Below are positions 58,151 through 64,000 of a DNA stretch of 64,000 nucleotides, piece after piece. Below the pieces are notes generated by a model. It was not told where the DNA came from. It did no database searches and worked only from the letters and a program-made list of their open reading frames with translations. Source of the stretch: Candidatus Multivorans sp. (GTDB taxonomy: Bacteria; Acidobacteriota; Thermoanaerobaculia; Multivoradales; Multivoraceae); contig OZ251997.1 of the NCBI GenBank assembly GCA_965247095.1, forward strand, positions 768,001 through 832,000, read 5' to 3'. Positions within the stretch are counted from its first letter, which is position 1. The number at the start of each line of letters is the position of its first letter. The translations under genes were made by a program, and so were the position numbers.

Positions 58151-60520
58151 ATGAAAGCACTTGACCGCAAGCTGCTGCGCGACCTGTGGAACGTGCGTTC
58201 CCAGGTGCTGGCGATCGCGCTGGTTGTGGCCTCGGGCATCGCTCTGCTGGTCATGTCGCTCGGCGTATTCGGCTCGCTGACCACGACCCGGGCGGCGTAC
58301 TACGCCCGCTACGCCTTCGCGGACGTGTTTGCCGGCGCCAAGCGGGCGCCGAACTGGGTCGAGCAGCGGATCGAGGCGATCCCCGGGGTGGAGAAGGTGC
58401 AGACGCGGGTGGTCGTGGGCGTCACGCTGGATGTGCCCGGCGTCGCCGAACCGATCAACGGACGGTTGATCTCCATGCCCGAGCGGGGTCGTCCGGTTCT
58501 CAATGACGTCGTCCTGCGCCGCGGCCGTTGGCTCGATCCGGACCGGGCGGAGGAGGCCCTGGTCAGCGAGCGCTTCGCCGAGGCCCACAGCCTCGAGCTG
58601 GGCGATCGGGTCGCGGCGGTGATCAACGGCCGCCGGCAGCCGCTCGAGGTCGTCGGCATCGCGCTCAGCCCGGAGTTCATCTACAACATCGGTCCCGGCG
58701 AGTTCTTCCCCGATCCGAAGCACTTCGGCCTGTTGTGGATGTCCCGGCGGCATCTGGCGACCGCGTTCGAGATGGAGGGCGGGTTCAACGATGTCGCGCT
58801 GGCGCTGACCAGCTCGTCGCCGAGTGCCGAGCGGGCGGCGATCACCGAACTCGACCGCATTCTCGACACCTACGGCGGTCTGGGCGCGATCCCGCGGTCG
58901 GAACAGCTCTCGCACTGGTATCTGCAGAACGAGTTGACCCAACTGCAGAACATGGCGGTCATCGTGCCGCTGATCTTCCTGGGCGTGGCCGCCTTCCTGC
59001 TCAACGTGGTCCTCCGGCGGACGGTCGCCGTGCAGCGGGAGCAGATCGCGGCGCTCAAGGCGCTCGGCTACTCGAACGGCCGTCTCGGGCTGCACTACGT
59101 GCAGTGGGCCATGGCTGTCGTGTCGGTCGGGTCGATTGTCGGGATCGTGGCCGGCCTGTTGCTCGCGAACGGCATGCTGGGCTTCTACATGGAGTACTTC
59201 CGGTTCCCGTTCCTGGTCTACGAGGTGTCGGCGCCGAGCATCCTGATCGCCATCGCGGTCAGTTTCGCTTCGGCCGCGGTCGGCGCGATCGGCGCCGTAC
59301 GCAGCGTCGCCTCGCTGCCGCCCGCCGAAGCGATGCGCCCGGCGGCGCCGGAGAGCTTCAGGGTATCGCTGTTCGAGCGGCTGGGCGCCAAGAGGTGGCT
59401 CTCACAACCGGCTCGCATGGTGCTCCGCAACCTGTCGCGCCGGCCGCTGCGCGCGGCTCTGTCCATCGTCGGCATCGCCTCCGCCGGCGCGATCATGGTG
59501 GTCGGCAGCGCGATGATGGACTCGATCGACGAACTGCTCGAGGTGCAGTTCAACATCATCCAGCGCCAGGACCTGTCGGTGAGCTTCTTCGAGCCGGTCG
59601 AACGGAGCGCGGTGCACGAGCTTGCGGCTCTCTCCGGCGTGATGCAGGTGGAGCCGACCAGCGGAGTCGCGGCCCGGCTGCGCAACGGCCACCTGCAGAA
59701 GCAGACCGCGATCCAGGCTCTCGCCCCCGACGCCAGATTGCGGCGCGTGGTCGATGTCGACTACCGCGCCATTCAGCTCGACCGGCCGGGCCTGGTCCTG
59801 TCCACGCTGCTTGCCGACCAGTTGCGGGTCGAGCCGGGCGACACGCTCGTGGTCGAGGTCATGGAGGCGGCCCGGCCCGTGCGCGAAGTCGTACTGACCG
59901 ACACCGTGGACGATCTGCTCGGAGTCGCCGCCTACATGGAACAGGAGTCGCTGCGGCGGCTGGTGCGGCGCGACGACACGATCAACGGCGCGATGCTGAA
60001 GATCGACGGCCTGGCAGAGGAACGGCTGTTCGCGCTGCTCAAGGCGATGCCGGCAGTGGCCGGCGTGACCCTGCGGAGCGCCGCGCTCGAGAACATCCAG
60101 ACCTACATGGTCGACAACATGTCGATGGTCATGGGAGTCAACCTGCTCTTCGCGGTGATCATCGCCTTCGGCGTGATCTACAACACCGCCCGCATCTCCC
60201 TGTCCGAGACCAGCCGCGAACTCGCCAGCCTGCGGGTGATCGGCTTCACCCGCGCCGAGATCTCCTCGATCCTGCTGGGCGAGCTCGCCATCCTGACGCT
60301 GGCGTCGATTCCGCTCGGGCTGATCCTGGGATACGCCACGATCACCGGCGCGATGAGCGCGTTTGAGAGCGAGCTGTTCCGACTGCCCGTGGTGGTCGAG
60401 GCGAGGACGTTTCTGATTTCGGCAGCGACAGTTCTCGGGTCGATGGCCATCTCGGCCTGGACGGTCCGGCGTAAGCTCCACGACCTTGATCTGGTCGCGG
60501 TGTTGAAGACCCGCGAGTAA
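58151..60520 (+). CDS. FtsX/MacB-like ABC permease
   Basis: MKALDRKLLRDL, QREQIAALKALGY, RELASLRVIGF duplicated architecture. Confidence 0.92.
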   Translation: MKALDRKLLRDLWNVRSQVLAIALVVASGIALLVMSLGVFGSLTTTRAAYYARYAFADVFAGAKRAPNWVEQRIEAIPGVEKVQTRVVVGVTLDVPGVAEPINGRLISMPERGRPVLNDVVLRRGRWLDPDRAEEALVSERFAEAHSLELGDRVAAVINGRRQPLEVVGIALSPEFIYNIGPGEFFPDPKHFGLLWMSRRHLATAFEMEGGFNDVALALTSSSPSAERAAITELDRILDTYGGLGAIPRSEQLSHWYLQNELTQLQNMAVIVPLIFLGVAAFLLNVVLRRTVAVQREQIAALKALGYSNGRLGLHYVQWAMAVVSVGSIVGIVAGLLLANGMLGFYMEYFRFPFLVYEVSAPSILIAIAVSFASAAVGAIGAVRSVASLPPAEAMRPAAPESFRVSLFERLGAKRWLSQPARMVLRNLSRRPLRAALSIVGIASAGAIMVVGSAMMDSIDELLEVQFNIIQRQDLSVSFFEPVERSAVHELAALSGVMQVEPTSGVAARLRNGHLQKQTAIQALAPDARLRRVVDVDYRAIQLDRPGLVLSTLLADQLRVEPGDTLVVEVMEAARPVREVVLTDTVDDLLGVAAYMEQESLRRLVRRDDTINGAMLKIDGLAEERLFALLKAMPAVAGVTLRSAALENIQTYMVDNMSMVMGVNLLFAVIIAFGVIYNTARISLSETSRELASLRVIGFTRAEISSILLGELAILTLASIPLGLILGYATITGAMSAFESELFRLPVVVEARTFLISAATVLGSMAISAWTVRRKLHDLDLVAVLKTRE

Positions 60521-60544
60521 GACGAACCTGAGGACGATGAAGCG

Positions 60545-61744
60545 ATGAAGACACGGCGCTGGGCGCTCTGGATCGTGGGGGCGATTGTGGTTGCCGCCGC
60601 GGTGTTCCTTGGCACGCGGCCGCAGCCGGTGCCGGCGCAGGTGTCCCAGGTGACCCGCGGGCCGATCGAGGTGACGATCGACGAGGAGGGCGAGACCAGG
60701 GTCCGGGACCGCTTCGTCGTCTCGGCGCCGCTTGGCGGCCGGGTGCTGCGGATCGAGCTGGAGCCGGGAGATTCGGTGGTTGCGGGCGAGACGGTACTGG
60801 CCGTGTTCCTGCCCTCGACGCCGGTGATGCTGGACGCCCGCAGCCGGGCCGAAGCGCAGGCCGCGGTGGAGACCGCGCTCGCGACCGTGGGCGAGGCCGA
60901 GGCGCACTACGAACGAGCCGCGGCGGAACTGGCCTTCTCACGTGCTGAAGTCGAGCGCTACCGGCGGCTGACGCGGGACGGGATCATCTCTGTGGCGCAG
61001 ATGGAGACCGCCCAACTCGACCAGGACACCCGCCAGGAGGCGCTGGAGGCGGCCGAGTACGCGGTGCGCACGGCGCTCAGCCAACTGCAGGCGGCCCGCG
61101 TGCGGCTGCTGCACTCCAGCGGGCAGAGCGCTGCCGCCGACGGCGAGACGATCGAGATCACATCGCCGGTTTCCGGCGTCGTGCTGCGTCGTCTGCGCGA
61201 GAGCGAGTCCATCGTGCCGGCCGGCGAGGCCCTGATCGAGGTCGGCGACCCGGAACAGATCGAGGTGGTCACCGACTACCTGTCGAAGGACGCGGTGCGC
61301 ATCCGGCCGGGCCAGCAGGTCCTCATCGATCGCTGGGGCGGCGACCGTCCGCTGCAGGGGCGGGTGCGGCGGGTGGAGCCCTCGGGCTTCACGAAGATCT
61401 CGGCGCTCGGCGTCGAGGAGCAGCGCGTCAACGTGGTGATGGACATCACCGATCCGCCGGAAGTCTGGGCCGGGCTCGGCGATGGGTTCCGCGTCGAGAC
61501 CCGGGTCGTTGTCTGGGAGAGCGAGGACGAGTTGAAGACCCCGACCGGCGCCCTGTTCCGGCGCGGCAACGACTGGGCGGTGTTCGTGGTCGAGAACGGC
61601 ACGGCGGCGCTCAAGCCGATCGAGGTCGGCGAGCGCAATCCGCGGGAGGCTCAGGTGCTGTCAGGCCTGGCCCCGGGCCAGCAGGTCGTCGTCTATCCGA
61701 GTGACAGTCTGAGCGACGGCTCGCCGGTCGCGGCCGAACTCTGA
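60545..61744 (+). CDS. HlyD/RND periplasmic adaptor subunit
   Basis: EEGETRVRDRFVVSAP, ITSPVSGVVL, KISALGVEEQRV. Confidence 0.92.
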   Translation: MKTRRWALWIVGAIVVAAAVFLGTRPQPVPAQVSQVTRGPIEVTIDEEGETRVRDRFVVSAPLGGRVLRIELEPGDSVVAGETVLAVFLPSTPVMLDARSRAEAQAAVETALATVGEAEAHYERAAAELAFSRAEVERYRRLTRDGIISVAQMETAQLDQDTRQEALEAAEYAVRTALSQLQAARVRLLHSSGQSAAADGETIEITSPVSGVVLRRLRESESIVPAGEALIEVGDPEQIEVVTDYLSKDAVRIRPGQQVLIDRWGGDRPLQGRVRRVEPSGFTKISALGVEEQRVNVVMDITDPPEVWAGLGDGFRVETRVVVWESEDELKTPTGALFRRGNDWAVFVVENGTAALKPIEVGERNPREAQVLSGLAPGQQVVVYPSDSLSDGSPVAAEL

Positions 61745-61760
61745 CGCCGGCGCCTCCGTG

Positions 61761-61840
61761 CCTGGGAACGCGGGCATCCTTGCCCGCACTCTGCCGCGCA
61801 GGGAACGACGGACGTCCGGATGCGGGCAGGATGCCCGCGT
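61761..61840. repeat. Inverted pair of REP-like palindromes between convergent genes
   Basis: CCTGGGAACGCGGGCATCCTTGCCCGCA and GGATGCGGGCAGGATGCCCGCGT; same family as 4054-4083. Confidence 0.75.
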
Positions 61841-61917
61841 GTCATCCATGCGCCCGATGACGAGCGCATGGAGTGGTTCACGGGTGGCGCGGATCGCGCC
61901 ACCCGGGTTCCCAGGTC

Positions 61918-62859
61918 CTACTCGGCGAGCTGGAACGGCGTCGACCACTCCATCGAGCCCCAACGGATCACCAGCCTGCCGCCGTCGTCGGTCGCCTCCA
62001 GCGAGCCCTCGGTTGTGGCCACGGGTTCGGCCAGCGTACGGACTTCGAGCGGCGCCTCGGCGACATCGTGTTCGGCCATGTGCATCGTGCCCCAGACGTC
62101 GGCGAGGTGGTTGAAGACCAGCTTCCAGCCGTCGCCCTCGCGCTTCAGCCACAGGCTGTAGACGCCGGGGTAGGTCGGGCCGTGGTTGTGGGCGGCTACT
62201 TCAACGTCCTCGAATGCGAGATCGGCGTCGGTCCAGAACTTGAACGGCTTGCCGTAGATCGGCCCCAGAACCGTGCCGTCGGCCAGGGACTCGAGCTTGT
62301 CGTAGTCGTGCCCCGGCGCGGGCAACCGGTCGAAGCGCAGCCGGATCGCCTGGCCCGCGATCTCGATCGTCGAGGAGGACAGGTCTTCGCGTTGGCCGAC
62401 CGGCTGCCTCCGGACGACGATCCCGGCGGCGTCAGCGGCCTCCTTCGTCATGCCCTTGATCGTCGCTTCAAAGAAGGCGGTGCGCAGTTCGCCCGCCAGG
62501 CCGTCCCCGTCGCGGGTGAGTTCCAGCTCGACCGGCACGATCTGACCACTGAATTCGAGATCCCACTTGAGCATGAGGCCGGTCTCGGTGCGAGCGATGT
62601 TGTCGACGATGTCGTCGGCGAGCCGGGCCAGATAGAAGTCGGCAGTGGCCTTGCCGTCGTCGTCCGAGAACGTGATCAGGCTGTTCAGCGAGCCTCGATC
62701 GGTGAGCGCTTCCAGCACCCACTCGCCGAGGAAGGGTTCGATCTCGGCGGTGTCGAGGCGCGGCGCCTCCGCGGGTGGTGCGTCCTGAGCCAGCGCGGCG
62801 CCGGCCAGGGTCAGGGCCGCGGTGAGAGCTGGGGCGACGAAGTACCGTGTGGGTTTCAT
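61918..62859 (-). CDS. Exported protein with DUF2911-like C-terminal domain
   Basis: Signal peptide ALAQ, GVYSLW..WKLVFN..WGT..LVIRWG. Confidence 0.7.
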   Translation of the reverse strand: MKPTRYFVAPALTAALTLAGAALAQDAPPAEAPRLDTAEIEPFLGEWVLEALTDRGSLNSLITFSDDDGKATADFYLARLADDIVDNIARTETGLMLKWDLEFSGQIVPVELELTRDGDGLAGELRTAFFEATIKGMTKEAADAAGIVVRRQPVGQREDLSSSTIEIAGQAIRLRFDRLPAPGHDYDKLESLADGTVLGPIYGKPFKFWTDADLAFEDVEVAAHNHGPTYPGVYSLWLKREGDGWKLVFNHLADVWGTMHMAEHDVAEAPLEVRTLAEPVATTEGSLEATDDGGRLVIRWGSMEWSTPFQLAE

Positions 62860-62895
62860 CTTGAAGAGTCTCCGTTGGTCTCGGGAGGCCTGTGC

Positions 62896-64000
62896 TCAGA
62901 AGTAGTCCGGCATCGAGGGCGGCGGGCCGGCGAAGATCCGGTCGGCCACGTTCAGGGAGGCGGTCGATCCCTCGATCAGGTCGAGGTCGGCCAGGCGCCG
63001 GGCGCTCAGGTGGCCGGTGTACATGGAGGCAAGTGCCCGGATATCCAGGCGCAGGGTGTTGCGCCCGGCCTTCCGGGTCGTGCGGCTGACCTTGCCGGCG
63101 CCGCGGTCGACCGCGAGCACCCAGCGACCCCGGTTGCCGGCGACCACGCCGTCGGTGACATCGAAGTCGAGGCGGGCGCTCGTGCCCGGCGGATAGCCAC
63201 GCTCGCCGAGTGCCGCCTGGACGTCGACGATCCGCAGCATCCAGGTCTCGGCCACGGAGATCTCGGTGCCGACCTCGGGCACCTGGAGCAGCATGTGGTC
63301 GTCCAGAGCGCCGTACCAGGTCACGTCCTGGGCCAGGGTGCGGCAGTCCGAGAAGAGCGCCAGAATCCTGCGCGCCGCGGCGCCGTTTCTGGCCTGCAGA
63401 TCGCGGACCTTGATGGCGTACAGGTAACGCCCCACCGCGCCCTGGGTGTAGACGACGTAGCCGTCGACGCCGCCGTCGCTGCCCGGCACGACGTAGCCGT
63501 GGATGTCCTCGCCGCCGAGGTCGCAGTAGACGCGCTCCCAGATGAAGTGGTTGCGGTCGAGCCAGCCGGGCCGGTTCCTGGCAATACCGCGATACAGCCG
63601 GTCGAGGGCCTTCGCGTCGCCCTCGGGATCAAGGCGACGCAGCGCCCCGTCGGCGACGATGCGGCCAAGTTTGTCGAGCGGCAGCCGGAAGCGGTACCGG
63701 TGGCCGGCCGCGGCATAGCCGGCGCGCCCGTAGAGCGTGAAGGTGGTGGGGTAGAGGGTGGAAACGGCGACGCCCTCCCCGTGGAGTTCGTTCAGGGTCG
63801 ATCCCATCAGAGCCTTGGCGGCGCCCTGGCCGCGGGCGGTCGGGTCGACCGCGACGCCGGCGATGCCGATGTTCCGAACCGATCGGCCGCCCAGGAACTG
63901 GCCCATCTGGTATTGGACCAGACCGCCGACCACCTTGCCGCCGCTGCGCACCAGGCGCACATGGTCGCGTGTGGCGCGCAACCACGCCACGCAGGAGTCG
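62896..64000 (-). CDS. Eis-family GNAT acetyltransferase (start probably outside window)
   Basis: GVAVDPTARGQGAA, STLYPT..LYGRAGY, WMLRIVDVQAAL..RGY, SCP2-like tail. Confidence 0.9.
   Translation of the reverse strand, partial: DSCVAWLRATRDHVRLVRSGGKVVGGLVQYQMGQFLGGRSVRNIGIAGVAVDPTARGQGAAKALMGSTLNELHGEGVAVSTLYPTTFTLYGRAGYAAAGHRYRFRLPLDKLGRIVADGALRRLDPEGDAKALDRLYRGIARNRPGWLDRNHFIWERVYCDLGGEDIHGYVVPGSDGGVDGYVVYTQGAVGRYLYAIKVRDLQARNGAAARRILALFSDCRTLAQDVTWYGALDDHMLLQVPEVGTEISVAETWMLRIVDVQAALGERGYPPGTSARLDFDVTDGVVAGNRGRWVLAVDRGAGKVSRTTRKAGRNTLRLDIRALASMYTGHLSARRLADLDLIEGSTASLNVADRIFAGPPPSMPDYF

Overview
High-GC bacterial chromosomal window. The gene families and repeats suggest an Acidobacteriota-like, possibly host-associated organism (inference). 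No rRNA, tRNA, CRISPR array or transposase was seen. 1-19 kb is mostly housekeeping and metabolic: a Tat-signal TPP enzyme, rpmB, flotillin/NfeD, MFS, crotonase, glyA, a selenocysteine (UPYC) peroxiredoxin-like gene with its SECIS hairpin, a cyanobacterial-type gshA, an ECF sigma module, metG and wzt. 19.8-38.5 kb is the most striking part: a minus-strand respiratory locus with ACIII subunits ActA/ActB/ActE but no ActC/D/F. It continues with a lone CydA-like subunit (no CydB), three c-type cytochromes and a candidate maturation cassette (USP, Mrp, radical SAM; three proteins share PCP_red-like domains), and has a divergent SCO gene. A ~105-nt two-hairpin element with compensatory base changes occurs three times in or near this locus. 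38.5-44.3 kb encodes exported proteins. 44.4-51.8 kb is a decaying island: arylsulfotransferase/adhesin mosaics, a duplicated promoter, an actE-like scar and a broken ATP-grasp/alpha-E/transglutaminase operon. 51.8-64 kb holds a partner-switching/sensor kinase module, a MacAB-like exporter and an Eis-type GNAT. Family assignments come from motif recognition by eye, not database searches.
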